Source: a virus (lineage: Duplodnaviria > Caudoviricetes). Taken from it: a stretch of DNA of 64,000 bases. The notes below the pieces were generated by a model. The model was not told the origin of the DNA. It was given only the letters and a program-made list of their open reading frames with translations, and searched no databases. Numbering within the stretch: the first letter of the stretch is position 1; each line of letters begins with the position of its first letter. The position numbers and the translations under genes were made by a program. The stretch spans positions 1,912 through 65,911 of the IMG/VR virus record IMGVR_UViG_3300024262_005408; one strand, 5' to 3'. Shown here piece after piece: positions 1-10,277 of this stretch.

Positions 1-730
1 TCCATTTAAAATCACTTTTGAATAGCCATTGAGTTTGTATAAATGTTGGTCCGTTTGGTTTTCTGCAGCGCGAATATATATTCACATCCGATGTGGATAG
101 ACTTAACGCTTCTAATAGAAAGGTGTAACACGTATCTACCATATGTATTTCACTCGCCTGTTCCATAACCTTACACCAATCAAATGGACTATATCCTGAT
201 ATGTAAGATAATTCCACTACTTGGTCGTACTTACCTGACGTCTTTATATTATCTATATGCATAGAATTTGGGGGCGATGCATATAGACTATTTACCAGTA
301 CATATTCGGTATCGTCTTGTAACTTCAGAATATCGTAGTATAAACTATCTTCTTTATTTTTATCTCGAATAAAATGTGACGACTTGCTCCAATTATCTAT
401 ATCCAACCCCACCATCTTATATTTGCTAACAGCAATTAATTCATCTGGGTATAGTTGGTCGGCGGATTGCAGTGGTATATACATACAGTTATCGTCATTA
501 ATAGTGTAAAGATAGTTTGATTTGTATATGTCTTTGTGTGGAAAATTTTTGGATTCATCAACAAATACAAGATGATCTCTTTTTATATAATTAGATATAA
601 AATTATATTGTGATATTACTGGCCATATAATATCGCACTGATACTTTTCAACTATTCTTTCAGCTATATATAAACATTGTAGTATATCTCCCAACCCGGC
701 TGGTTGTTTTATGATACACTTTTTTCTCAT
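1..730 (-). CDS. Partial glycosyltransferase-like protein running off the window start; paralog of 45229..45990
   Basis: Not in the ORF track. Hand translation from ATG 730 gives MRKKCIIKQPAGLGDILQCLYIAE...FDWCKVMEQASEIHMVDTCYTFLLE, matching GIGDIF and FDWCKVFENAAEIHMVETC in the 45229 protein. Confidence 0.65.
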   Translation of the reverse strand, partial: MRKKCIIKQPAGLGDILQCLYIAERIVEKYQCDIIWPVISQYNFISNYIKRDHLVFVDESKNFPHKDIYKSNYLYTINDDNCMYIPLQSADQLYPDELIAVSKYKMVGLDIDNWSKSSHFIRDKNKEDSLYYDILKLQDDTEYVLVNSLYASPPNSMHIDNIKTSGKYDQVVELSYISGYSPFDWCKVMEQASEIHMVDTCYTFLLEALSLSTSDVNIYSRCRKPNGPTFIQTQWLFKSDFKW

Positions 731-742
731 GTAGTGTTTTTG

Positions 743-1105
743 TTAATCGTCAAATAATTTTACCACTTCTGGTCCGTCGTCTGATTCCGTTTGTACATCA
801 GCTTGTTCAAAAGTAGTAATTATGGCGTTATATTGGTTAATTAACTTTTCATCCAGATGGTCAGCACAGGTACTTTGGACAATATTGTTTTTATTAAATG
901 TCCAAAATGTACCTTCTTCTCTACCTTCAACAGTAAGAAATTCTCTAAAAAACATGGGTACCGTTTGTACCTGTAATTGTCCTGTTTCATTGGGTTGTAC
1001 AAATATTGTACATGGGTTTTTAACGACAACAGTTACATCTGTCTCTTCAGACAATTCCCCGATAACGGTGCGTCCGACTTGATCAACAAAAATCTTAAGA
1101 TTCAT
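743..1105 (-). CDS. Hypothetical protein (possible Sm-like fold) downstream of the DNA polymerase
   Basis: 120 aa ORF with beta-rich N-terminus (RTVIGEL...VVVKNP) and acidic tail; TTGACT...TAAAAT just upstream. Confidence 0.55.
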   Translation of the reverse strand: MNLKIFVDQVGRTVIGELSEETDVTVVVKNPCTIFVQPNETGQLQVQTVPMFFREFLTVEGREEGTFWTFNKNNIVQSTCADHLDEKLINQYNAIITTFEQADVQTESDDGPEVVKLFDD

Positions 1106-1160
1106 ACAATTATTTTATCTGTATTCAATCTAAGTCAACTGAAAGATTTTTCTGATTTAC

Positions 1161-3749
1161 TCATATTGCTAAAATACTAAATAAGTCACATTGGACTGCT
1201 TGATTAGGTAAATAACATTTCCAATTTACCGCATTATAAAATCTTTCTAAAGGTGTAAAAATTAATTTTTCATATATTTTGTCGTAGTTAGGTTTAAAAT
1301 ATTCATCAAATTCTTTCGGCCATTCATATTTGTATGCTATAGCATCAATATTATACCTATTTGGTTTTTTAATGTAAAAATATCTCACTTTATCCCCTGA
1401 TGCAATGCTTTCATACTTTTTATCAAGCTTATGTAATTTTAACATTTTATTATAAAAATATGCTGCTTTACAATGTATAGGCATACCTTTAACGGTTTTC
1501 ATTCCATCACATTGCCCCGCGTATTTTTCATATCCTCTAATACCCATAACTGTTGCTATTTCTGTAATAGGTAATGATTTAAATTTTTCATATACTTCAG
1601 CCATAGCTTCATTTGTTTTTTGATAATCTTGCGTTTTAAGCATTATTTGTATGACATTTTTCATATAAGGTTTTAATGAATTAGGTAATGTTGTTCTAAC
1701 CACTTCTACCCCCGTATATTTTGTTTTGTTTATTTTTGCACCTTCATCATCCAAAATATTCATTACATATCTTTTTTTCTGCAAAAATACACCTACTTCC
1801 CCAATACATTCCCGTTTAAACAAAAACCTACAATCTTTACTATTAAATGTTTTCTTACCCCACGTTATGATTTCATCATTTAAATATTTTACTAACTCAA
1901 TTTCCATTTTATAAATGTCATCATGGACTTCCCCCTTTTCATTTTTAAAGGTTAACCCTAAATGTTTAATCAAAAGTTCAATTGATGCATATGATGAATC
2001 CGTATCATTGTAGATAATTGGATCATTTGCTTTCAACTCTTTGTCACTCAACCCGGTTTTGTTTTTAATATAGTTTCTAATAATGACATTACTTTGTTTG
2101 ATTACTGCTTGCCCTGTTAGTGTTACTGATGATGCAATATCATCATCACCAATTGGAGCGTTTTTATTTCCAAAGTAACCGTATATTGAGTTAATTAAAA
2201 TTTTAACTGTAAGTTGTTTTGTACCTAAACGCTGTACATCGATCCCAGTTTGTCCATAATCTGGGTCTCTTTTTTTCATTACTGCGTGTTTCTTTTTTAG
2301 TTCAATGTATTCATCCTTTATTACTAATCGTTTATTATAATAATAATCTAAAATTTCTGGAATAATACCCTTTTCTTGTTGATGAAATACAATATTTGCT
2401 TTTGATACTGTTAACTTATAATCTTTTATCATTTTTATGAATTTAGGTATTGTAAATTCCTTTACTTTACCGTTCACCATTTCCATCACAACTTGATTGT
2501 CTGTTTTTTCTAAAATTTTACCAACTTTAGTTTCTGGTGACATGTTTAATGATATCATTACATTTGGGTATAGACTATTTGCATCAAAAGATAAAATGTA
2601 ATTTTGAAATCCTTGTTGAGGTTCACTAACATATGCACCCGGGTTCTTACCAGTATCTTCACCTCTAATAAATGTAGGTATGATTTGTTGTTTGTGTCTT
2701 GCTTGAGTACAAAATGCCCCGTTGATTACAGATAGTGCTCCCATTGCTGCATCAAATGTAACACACCCAACATATGCTAGCATTCGTATTAATCCTAAAT
2801 ATTGAAGCTTTTCTTCCAATCTTACAAGTAAGTTTACATCCTGAATATTATAATCAATAAATTTGTTCCAATCTTTATCAGATAATGTTGCAAGATCCAT
2901 TCCTTCAAATTCTAGTTTTCGTTCACCTAATTCTTCTTCTCCGATTGCATCTAGTTTATATGATTGCCTCAAAGGCGCAAATTTTTTGTATATATCCAAA
3001 TAATCTAACAAAGCAACACCTTCAATATACCACCTTATCTGTTGTCTACCAAAGGCACCTTGAAGACTTCTAAAATATACATTTTTTACAGGAGATAACC
3101 TTTTCATCTGTTCTTCACCCATAATTCTTTCGCATCTTTTAACGATATAAGGAATATCAAAAAATTCAGAGTTCCAACCACTTAAAATATCTGGATAATC
3201 ATTTTCTAAATAATCTAAAAATTTACTAAACAATACTCTTTCTGTTTCACAGTAAGTGTATTTTACATTCTTTTTACCCTTACCTGTATATTCTTTAGTA
3301 CCCCAAGTATAAAATTTATTTTCCAAGTTATCATGAACCGTTATAACGTTTATTGGGTGATTGGCGTTTTCAATATCAGGAAACCCATCAGGGGAATAAG
3401 TTTCAATATCTAGCAACAACATTTTTATGGGATGTTTTGTGAATTCGTCTGTCTCGTTTACTTGCCAAAAATTATCTAACAAAAATTGTTGTTTGATTGG
3501 TAAGTTTTCAAATAATCTTTTAATTTGATTATTTCTAATAAATTGTCTTCTTTCTGATTCTCTTTTAAATGTAACTTTTCTTAGAGGGCTTTTGAATATA
3601 GACGTTGCATTTGAATGTCTTTTGTCTTTTGGTTCAATATACAAATATGGGTTGTAACTTTGAACTACTTCAATTCTTTTCCCATCTTCATCCCAAGTAA
3701 ACAGTCTCATTTGTTCTTGAGAAGGTTCATAAACTACATTCCTATACAT
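1161..3749 (-). CDS. gp43: Family B DNA polymerase (T4 gp43-like)
   Basis: Exo I DIETY, Exo II GWNSEFFD, Exo III YNIQD; polymerase motifs FDANSLYP, KILINSIYG, YNDTDS, KKRY. Confidence 0.97.
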   Translation of the reverse strand: MYRNVVYEPSQEQMRLFTWDEDGKRIEVVQSYNPYLYIEPKDKRHSNATSIFKSPLRKVTFKRESERRQFIRNNQIKRLFENLPIKQQFLLDNFWQVNETDEFTKHPIKMLLLDIETYSPDGFPDIENANHPINVITVHDNLENKFYTWGTKEYTGKGKKNVKYTYCETERVLFSKFLDYLENDYPDILSGWNSEFFDIPYIVKRCERIMGEEQMKRLSPVKNVYFRSLQGAFGRQQIRWYIEGVALLDYLDIYKKFAPLRQSYKLDAIGEEELGERKLEFEGMDLATLSDKDWNKFIDYNIQDVNLLVRLEEKLQYLGLIRMLAYVGCVTFDAAMGALSVINGAFCTQARHKQQIIPTFIRGEDTGKNPGAYVSEPQQGFQNYILSFDANSLYPNVMISLNMSPETKVGKILEKTDNQVVMEMVNGKVKEFTIPKFIKMIKDYKLTVSKANIVFHQQEKGIIPEILDYYYNKRLVIKDEYIELKKKHAVMKKRDPDYGQTGIDVQRLGTKQLTVKILINSIYGYFGNKNAPIGDDDIASSVTLTGQAVIKQSNVIIRNYIKNKTGLSDKELKANDPIIYNDTDSSYASIELLIKHLGLTFKNEKGEVHDDIYKMEIELVKYLNDEIITWGKKTFNSKDCRFLFKRECIGEVGVFLQKKRYVMNILDDEGAKINKTKYTGVEVVRTTLPNSLKPYMKNVIQIMLKTQDYQKTNEAMAEVYEKFKSLPITEIATVMGIRGYEKYAGQCDGMKTVKGMPIHCKAAYFYNKMLKLHKLDKKYESIASGDKVRYFYIKKPNRYNIDAIAYKYEWPKEFDEYFKPNYDKIYEKLIFTPLERFYNAVNWKCYLPNQAVQCDLFSILAI

Positions 3750-3757
3750 GTGAGTTA

Positions 3758-3785
3758 ATTATAGGTTACTCTTCAAATGGTTCAA
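3758..3785 (-). promoter_or_regulatory. Sigma70-like promoter TTGAAC-16-TATAAT, 8 nt before the polymerase ATG
   Basis: Read directly from the minus strand; the same geometry recurs at 7 other genes. Confidence 0.7.
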
Positions 3786-5017
3786 GTTTTATTAATATCT
3801 AAAGTGTTTAAAAATTTGCGTTGCGGTGAGCCGAAGGGGAAGTTATAAGATTCAAAAAATTTACCTATATTTTCTTCTTTTTCTAAAAATCTAGTTTCTG
3901 CAAAATTTCGGCCAGCTACCGATTCTTTTATAAATCTTCTTTCATTACCCAAAACTGCTTTTACTTGGTCTATCATTTCATCCCCGGTTTTGAATTTAAT
4001 CGGGGCATTTTCATATGTACATATATCTTGGCAAGCAACCGGTAATCCATAACAACTACCTTCAAGATGTTTTAAGTCACTTTTAGATTTGTTAAAATTA
4101 TTGTCAATTAAGGGAGCTACCATCATATTACCATTAAGTGTATATATCTTTTCTGGGTAATTATAAAGTTCACACCATGGATGAAATTCTATTTTACCGT
4201 TTTGTACTAAGTCGTGTAGTTCTCGTGGAATGGCTCCTAAAAATACCCATTGAAAATCTTTAATTGTGTCTCTTATAGATTTGTTTACATGGTGAAAGTC
4301 ATCTTTACCCTTAACTCTTCTATCGACATCTATATGAGCTCCGGAACCTGACCAAATAACTCTTGGTTTGTGTTTGTATTTTTCATAATCTGTTTCTATC
4401 TTGTCCCTATTGTAAAAATTACCCATCCAAAATTTGGGTACATAGTTGGGAATAACAGTAATATTAACGTCGTTTAATTTTTCTGAAAAATATTCTTTCA
4501 TGAACGGACAAGTTACGGTCATTTCATCACACATTTCCATAATCTGTTGAATACCTTCTCTTATATTGTCGTCAGTAAAAGCAAATTTATATTTGTTATA
4601 ATCTGGGATATCTTCCCTGAATGGTATATCATCGATTTCATATATCATTTTAAACCCAATTTGAGAAGCAATACTTTTTAAATGTTGTGCGAACTTTAAG
4701 TGGTCAGGAGATGCTTGTCGTTGTATTTTAAGTGCTTTAGCATTTCTGTAATGTTGAGGGTCTAATGTCATACAAGTACTTGTATGAACCATACATTTGT
4801 TACTTGCATTTAAAATATATTCTGGCCACATTACTCTCCAGAAACCACAGCCACCATAATCAGCAACATAATTCATAAACCGAGGGAGACCGGCTCCGTC
4901 CTTGGGTTTATGGGTAGCTTGAGGGTTTTGCTGACTAGCACCTTTCATAGCAAAATTATTTTGAAACGGATTTTGATTTCCGAAAGGTTGACCATGTTGA
5001 AACGGGGCTTGAAACAT
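3782..5017 (-). CDS. GT-B fold (GT4-like) glycosyltransferase
   Basis: GCGFWRVMWP, YEIDD, WSGSGAH and APLIDNNFNKSKSDLKHLE pattern typical of phage GT4-like proteins; TAAATA 6 nt before ATG. Confidence 0.75.
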   Translation of the reverse strand: MFQAPFQHGQPFGNQNPFQNNFAMKGASQQNPQATHKPKDGAGLPRFMNYVADYGGCGFWRVMWPEYILNASNKCMVHTSTCMTLDPQHYRNAKALKIQRQASPDHLKFAQHLKSIASQIGFKMIYEIDDIPFREDIPDYNKYKFAFTDDNIREGIQQIMEMCDEMTVTCPFMKEYFSEKLNDVNITVIPNYVPKFWMGNFYNRDKIETDYEKYKHKPRVIWSGSGAHIDVDRRVKGKDDFHHVNKSIRDTIKDFQWVFLGAIPRELHDLVQNGKIEFHPWCELYNYPEKIYTLNGNMMVAPLIDNNFNKSKSDLKHLEGSCYGLPVACQDICTYENAPIKFKTGDEMIDQVKAVLGNERRFIKESVAGRNFAETRFLEKEENIGKFFESYNFPFGSPQRKFLNTLDINKT

Positions 5018-5031
5018 TGCTAGTATTTATT

Positions 5032-6852
5032 TTAATTTAGTTCTTTATCAATTTCTTGATACTTAACTCTTCGGGTGATACCATTACATTTTTCTAAATA
5101 TATTACTTCGCCTGTAGCTGCTTTTACGCTTTCTTTTCTATGACTAATTACATAAACACATTCTTTATATTTTTCTACTCTTTCTCTTAATATATTTGTA
5201 ACTAGATCTACCCCGCGTTCGTCTAAACTACTATCAAAAAGTTCATCGTATATACTAAAATTAAATGCAACGTCACCTTGAAGTCTTCTTATATCCATAA
5301 AAGCAAATAAACATGCCAAATCTATATTTTTACGCTCCGCTCCTGAAAAATTAAAGTAAGAACATATTTTATTTTTTTCATTTATTATTTGTTCTTCAAA
5401 ATATTCATTAAAAATACAAATACAGTTGCTATCCATTTTTTTAAGATAATATGCGAGCTTTTGATTGAATACTGTTAGTATTTTTTTAACAATATATGAT
5501 TTAACCCCTTCTTCTGAAACAACATACTTAACAACGTCAAGCATATTAATTTTTATTTTTACTGTATCTAGTTTAGTTTTAATTTCTTTAACTTTTTTAA
5601 GATAATCGACTATAATATTGTCGAGATCAAAGTCATCGGAGTTTAATTCTTTAATATCTAATTTTAATTGATTTTGCCACTGTAATAATTGTTTTGCTTG
5701 TTGTTTTAAAACTTTTTGTTCGGTTAATTCATCGGTAGCTTGTTTAATATTTTTTCTTAACTTTAAAATACCTTTTCTTAGTCTATCTTCATTAGAAACT
5801 AGTTTATTAAAATTAGATGTATATTCTTTAATGATATTTTCTAAATTTTGTATTTTATTTTTTTCGTTTTCAATTTCTTTTTGAATATGTCTTCTATCAT
5901 CATTAGTTACTTGCTTTAAACAAGTAGGACACGTTTCTTCATCTGTACCTATTATTAATAAGTTGTTTTTATATTGTTTACAGTTTGTTTTAAATTCACT
6001 AATTTTATCTCTTAATTCACTTTTAGATTCTGAGATTTGATTTATTTTTTCTTCAAATTTAAGTATTAACTTTTCATTTTCTTCAACCACAGCTGCTTCA
6101 ATGTCTGTTAGTTTACTTCTTATGTCTAATAAATCTCGTTTATTGTCTTCTTGTCTGTTTTTATATTTTTTTACCTTTTGCTTTCTTTGAATTAATGCAG
6201 TTTCTTTTTGTTGCTTAAAGTTTATTAGTGTAGTATTGTTTTCATCATATCGTGTGGATTCTATATCAAAATCTCTTTTAGTTTCGTTGTAATCATTACG
6301 TAAATTAGAAATCATATTACTAAAAATTTCTAAATTAAATATACCTTCAATAAATTTTCTTTTTTCTACCTTTTTCTTTGCCATAAAGGGTACCGTATTG
6401 TTAACAGTCATTATTACACAATTTTGAAACACTTCTTCTGAGCAGTTTATCAAATCTTTTATATATTCGTTGGTGTTAATGATAGAATCTCTTGTAATAT
6501 CTTGTTCGTTTTTATATAGATAGCATTTAGATGGAGAAAGGGTTCTGTTTATTGCATAAGAATTAGATTCTAGAGGGGTAATAACTTTAAAATTCAATAT
6601 TACCGAACATGTTTCGTTGGTTAAGTTATTTGGGATTAGTTCTTTTTTTAAATCTCTTAGTGTAGACCCGAAAATAGCAAAATTTATAGCATCAGCAATA
6701 GTACTTTTACCTACACCGTTACGTCTATCCTCTTTGTCCTTGTTAGAACCGGTTATAATGTTAAATCCTGTGTTAAATTGGACCTTTACATCATGATTCC
6801 CTACCGATAAAAAGTTTTGTATTGTTACCTCTTCAAAGAAGATTTGCTTCAT
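5032..6852 (-). CDS. gp46: SbcC/Rad50-like recombination endonuclease subunit (T4 gp46)
   Basis: Walker A NGVGKST, coiled coil with CPTC zinc hook, signature FSGAE, Walker B DELFDSSLD, H-loop VISH. Confidence 0.95.
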   Translation of the reverse strand: MKQIFFEEVTIQNFLSVGNHDVKVQFNTGFNIITGSNKDKEDRRNGVGKSTIADAINFAIFGSTLRDLKKELIPNNLTNETCSVILNFKVITPLESNSYAINRTLSPSKCYLYKNEQDITRDSIINTNEYIKDLINCSEEVFQNCVIMTVNNTVPFMAKKKVEKRKFIEGIFNLEIFSNMISNLRNDYNETKRDFDIESTRYDENNTTLINFKQQKETALIQRKQKVKKYKNRQEDNKRDLLDIRSKLTDIEAAVVEENEKLILKFEEKINQISESKSELRDKISEFKTNCKQYKNNLLIIGTDEETCPTCLKQVTNDDRRHIQKEIENEKNKIQNLENIIKEYTSNFNKLVSNEDRLRKGILKLRKNIKQATDELTEQKVLKQQAKQLLQWQNQLKLDIKELNSDDFDLDNIIVDYLKKVKEIKTKLDTVKIKINMLDVVKYVVSEEGVKSYIVKKILTVFNQKLAYYLKKMDSNCICIFNEYFEEQIINEKNKICSYFNFSGAERKNIDLACLFAFMDIRRLQGDVAFNFSIYDELFDSSLDERGVDLVTNILRERVEKYKECVYVISHRKESVKAATGEVIYLEKCNGITRRVKYQEIDKELN

Positions 6853-6881
6853 AGATTGTCATCTAATATTATAGTATATTT

Positions 6882-7670
6882 CTAAGAAGGTCTACTTTTA
6901 TTTTTAAGTTTAGATATAACGTCTTTTTTGGAGTATGTATCTATTAAATCTTGAATTTGACACTTAAATTTCATGTGAAAAAGCTTCATTCCTCGTAAAA
7001 TTCTGTCTTCTATGTTTTCTTCATACATAACGTTGTTATCATTTACGATTAACTTGTCATTTACCGACTTAACATGCGGAAACCATAAAAATGGTGTGGA
7101 TAAGTTTTGTTGAGACAATCTATATGAAAAATCTGACCATTCCATACCGGCCCTATATCGTTCATCAAAGAAACCACACTTTCTAAACACATCTTTATGT
7201 AAATACACCAGTGATCCTGATGTTCCCATGTTTAATGTTAGTTCATTGTCACCCAAATCAACAGTTAACCTAACATTATTGAATTGACCCCTAGGATCAT
7301 CTTCATCTCTACAGAGATACAGTGCTTTTAGTTTAGTTTTTTCATAAACGTCAATAAAATCTTGAAATAATGTATCATCTAATATTTCTATAGAATCATT
7401 TACAATAAAAATGTGTTCTACTGATTCATCTTTTAATAATTCTCTAATACCAATATTATAACAAGCACTTGGGTACTTATCATATACGGTATTAATAAAT
7501 TTTTTAATGTTAGAGTCCGCGGACACTCCCAATAATGTTTTATCATCTGGGTTTATATTTTTACCATCATTAACAACAACTGTTTTATCTAAAACGTCAG
7601 TCAATCCGCGTAATGCTTTTTTTAAGTTTTTACCACCTAACGTGAATAATACTATGCCTATTCCTTGCAT
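6882..7670 (-). CDS. GT-A fold (GT2-like) glycosyltransferase
   Basis: VVVNDG, SACYNIGI, FIVNDS, GFFDERY...EWSDFSYR. Confidence 0.7.
   Translation of the reverse strand: MQGIGIVLFTLGGKNLKKALRGLTDVLDKTVVVNDGKNINPDDKTLLGVSADSNIKKFINTVYDKYPSACYNIGIRELLKDESVEHIFIVNDSIEILDDTLFQDFIDVYEKTKLKALYLCRDEDDPRGQFNNVRLTVDLGDNELTLNMGTSGSLVYLHKDVFRKCGFFDERYRAGMEWSDFSYRLSQQNLSTPFLWFPHVKSVNDKLIVNDNNVMYEENIEDRILRGMKLFHMKFKCQIQDLIDTYSKKDVISKLKNKSRPS
7520..7536 (+). repeat. 17-bp dispersed repeat CGGACACTCCCAATAAT, copy 1 (inside the GT2 gene)
   Basis: Identical to 12458..12474 and 12884..12900. Confidence 0.9.
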
Positions 7671-8719
7671 GATTTATATAAGTCTACTGTATATTGAATA
7701 ACGTCATGTTTATTATTAATGTCCAGCATGTTAACAAAGTCTGTAATTGCTGTTTCATAATCTACACCAGAGTATTCATATTCCAGTTCGCCTTCTACTG
7801 AAAATTTATTGAAGTTAATTTCGTAATCAACATTAATTGAAAAGGGTTTTAAGTTGTTTAAACAAACCATTATGATGTCTAAATCATCTGCTTGAATATT
7901 TTTGTCTATAACTAGCTTAATAATGTTTCCTTTTATTAATTCTTTTAATTTTGTGGTAACACCAGAGAATTTAATAAGTTCACTCAAAAGAAGTTTTTTA
8001 TGAACAGGTGATATGTCATTAATGTAAAATACAGGATTGGTTATGTCATTAAAATCTAAAATATAATAACCTTTTTCACTTTCAGCGTCACCAAAATCCA
8101 TTTGAAAGGGATTACCCAGATATAATATTTTGCCTGCGTTAAAATTACGTTCTGTTTTTAAGTGAAAATGGCCTGATATTACCATTTTGGATTTTTTAAG
8201 AAGAAATTCAGGGCTATCACCATGATCGCATATTTTAAAGTTGTTCATTTTGAAGTTGGTCAATTCAAAATGCCCAAATATTAAATCAGATTTAGGAATT
8301 TTTTTGATATCTTCACCCCACGGTACGAAAGTAACGCGGTTACCATATATTTCTTCTGTTGTAAGGGTGTCGATTACTGTTATGTTTTCCCACCCACTAA
8401 AAAGAGATAAAGAATTAACGCAACTTGTATCTTTATAATAACAATCATGATTCCCGGTGATCATTATGATGTTATAGTCTGTAAGTATATCAAAAAATTG
8501 TTTTGCTACTTGAAGACTGTTAACAGCAATTTCATCTCGATAATGAAACAAATCACCACATATCATTATGTCTTTTATTCCTTTTTGTTTTAAATTTTTA
8601 TCTAGCCATCTTACCCAGTCGAGAAGAATTTTATGCCAGTTACTGTTGTTTTGATGGACCCCTAGATGAACGTCGGAAATACAGCATATTTTTGGTTGTT
8701 TGAATTCTATAGAAGCCAC
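7658..8719 (-). CDS. gp47: Mre11/SbcD-like recombination nuclease (T4 gp47)
   Basis: Metallophosphoesterase motifs SDVHLG, GDLFH, GNHD, GHFH; near gp46; GTG start. Confidence 0.93.
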   Translation of the reverse strand: MASIEFKQPKICCISDVHLGVHQNNSNWHKILLDWVRWLDKNLKQKGIKDIMICGDLFHYRDEIAVNSLQVAKQFFDILTDYNIIMITGNHDCYYKDTSCVNSLSLFSGWENITVIDTLTTEEIYGNRVTFVPWGEDIKKIPKSDLIFGHFELTNFKMNNFKICDHGDSPEFLLKKSKMVISGHFHLKTERNFNAGKILYLGNPFQMDFGDAESEKGYYILDFNDITNPVFYINDISPVHKKLLLSELIKFSGVTTKLKELIKGNIIKLVIDKNIQADDLDIIMVCLNNLKPFSINVDYEINFNKFSVEGELEYEYSGVDYETAITDFVNMLDINNKHDVIQYTVDLYKSCKE

Positions 8720-8744
8720 TTTAAATATAATATAATATTAACAA

Positions 8745-9752
8745 ATGAGTACAACTCTAGTAACAGGGATTTATTATAGCGACAGAGAAGGGGAGCTCGG
8801 CGGTAGGTGTTGGAGAGAACAATACTATTTTTCTTCTTTTCAAAATATATACAATTTTGGTTTACCAACGATCATATATTGTGATAAACAAGGCTACCCT
8901 AAATTAAAAAGATATGTAGATTATTTAGATTCTATTGGTGTACCTAATAAGCATAAACTAATCCAAAGTGAATTAGGGGATTTCAAATACAAGAAGCAAA
9001 TTATTGCACATAGAAAAAAAGTTATTAGGTGGTCAAAAGCAGAAACGAAAAAGAAGCAAAAAGAAAACCCTGATGAACCCGGATTTTTCCATGCAAGATG
9101 TGAAATTTTATGTCACCGAAAAATGTATTTTTTAAAAGAGGTTGCTGAACTCAATCCATATAACACAGAAAATTTTCTTTGGGTAGATTCAGGTGTTACT
9201 CATTGGGGTCTTAACCCATTTAGTCGCGGCGGGGTAGAAATAAATAACTTTTTTAATAAAAAACATTATTATCCGCACAATAAGAAAAATATGTATACCC
9301 CTTTAATAGGAAAGGGTTTAGATAATTTGATCGATAAACACAAGTTTGTAGGAATAAAGCACGGTAATTTGTGGTATAATCAACGCCATGTGAAAACCCT
9401 ACAACAATTTTTACAAAAAGAATATAAGTTGTCAGAAAGCGAAAGCAATTTTTCAAAACAACTAGTTGGTGGTGTAATAGGAATACACCCATCGGAATTT
9501 AAATCATTTTTTGAATTTTATGAAAAAGCTTTAATAGAGTTGTGTAATACAAAACCACCTAATACAGATTTTTTCACAGAAGAAATAATTTTATCTGCAT
9601 ATTATAAAATTCGAAATTGGTTTACTTTAGATTTTCAAGAGTGGAATCACGACGTTAAAGGTGATCCTAGTTTTGTTGATTTTGGAGATGAAGATAGATC
9701 ACATATAAAATGTTTTTATAAAGTATGGGATGAATTTAAAGAGTATGCTTAA
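8745..9752 (+). CDS. HtrL/WlaTC-like glycan-associated protein; paralog of 28113..29195
   Basis: TTLVTGIY, ELNPYNTENFLWVDSG, GGVIG and TEEIIL pattern. Confidence 0.55.
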   Translation: MSTTLVTGIYYSDREGELGGRCWREQYYFSSFQNIYNFGLPTIIYCDKQGYPKLKRYVDYLDSIGVPNKHKLIQSELGDFKYKKQIIAHRKKVIRWSKAETKKKQKENPDEPGFFHARCEILCHRKMYFLKEVAELNPYNTENFLWVDSGVTHWGLNPFSRGGVEINNFFNKKHYYPHNKKNMYTPLIGKGLDNLIDKHKFVGIKHGNLWYNQRHVKTLQQFLQKEYKLSESESNFSKQLVGGVIGIHPSEFKSFFEFYEKALIELCNTKPPNTDFFTEEIILSAYYKIRNWFTLDFQEWNHDVKGDPSFVDFGDEDRSHIKCFYKVWDEFKEYA

Positions 9753-10234
9753 TCATACAACGCGTCATCTTCGCTAATAGGTTTCACATATACTTTTTGT
9801 TCAGCTTCATCACTTGAGTTTAGTGTTTCTTCATACACCCGTTCTTTGTATTCGTTCAAAGCTTCATGGTGTCTTTTTTCTTTCTTAATCCTGTTAATAA
9901 ATGCGTGAAAAGCAATTGTAGTAAAATATGAAAATGGGTTGTACTTTTTACCATTTGAATCGCATGCATCTAAATTAAACTTTTTATTAAAAAGAGCAGT
10001 AAACATTTTGACTACTGCATCACCAATCATTTCATCTTTATACGAGTAATTTATAAAATTAGGCGCATAACTTAAACCATGTGCAATTTTTGTGATCATT
10101 TCACCTAGATCTTCACCACAAACATCTGAATCATAATATTTGGCAATGGCTTCTTTAAATTCTTTTGAATTGACGTAATGCTCTTTACTTTTGGGTTTTA
10201 TTTTTACCCCATTTTTTGGTTTCTTTGCTTGCAT
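9749..10234 (-). CDS. gp55: Late-transcription sigma factor (T4 gp55-like)
   Basis: HYVNSKEF, PNFINYSYKDEMIGDA, NPFSYFTTIAFHAFINRIKKEKR. Confidence 0.92.
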   Translation of the reverse strand: MQAKKPKNGVKIKPKSKEHYVNSKEFKEAIAKYYDSDVCGEDLGEMITKIAHGLSYAPNFINYSYKDEMIGDAVVKMFTALFNKKFNLDACDSNGKKYNPFSYFTTIAFHAFINRIKKEKRHHEALNEYKERVYEETLNSSDEAEQKVYVKPISEDDALYD

Positions 10235-10245
10235 GGCTATCTATA

Positions 10246-10273
10246 ATTATATTATTGTTTATATTAAGTTCAA
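10246..10273 (-). promoter_or_regulatory. Sigma70-like promoter TTGAAC-16-TATAAT upstream of gp55
   Basis: Read directly; -10 box ends 11 nt before ATG. Confidence 0.65.
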
Positions 10274-10277
10274 CTAT

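Noticed and set aside
1995-2012. Polymerase motif C reads YNDTDS instead of YGDTDS
   Set aside because: The catalytic DTD is intact and this position varies among T4-like polymerases; insufficient to claim altered base specificity
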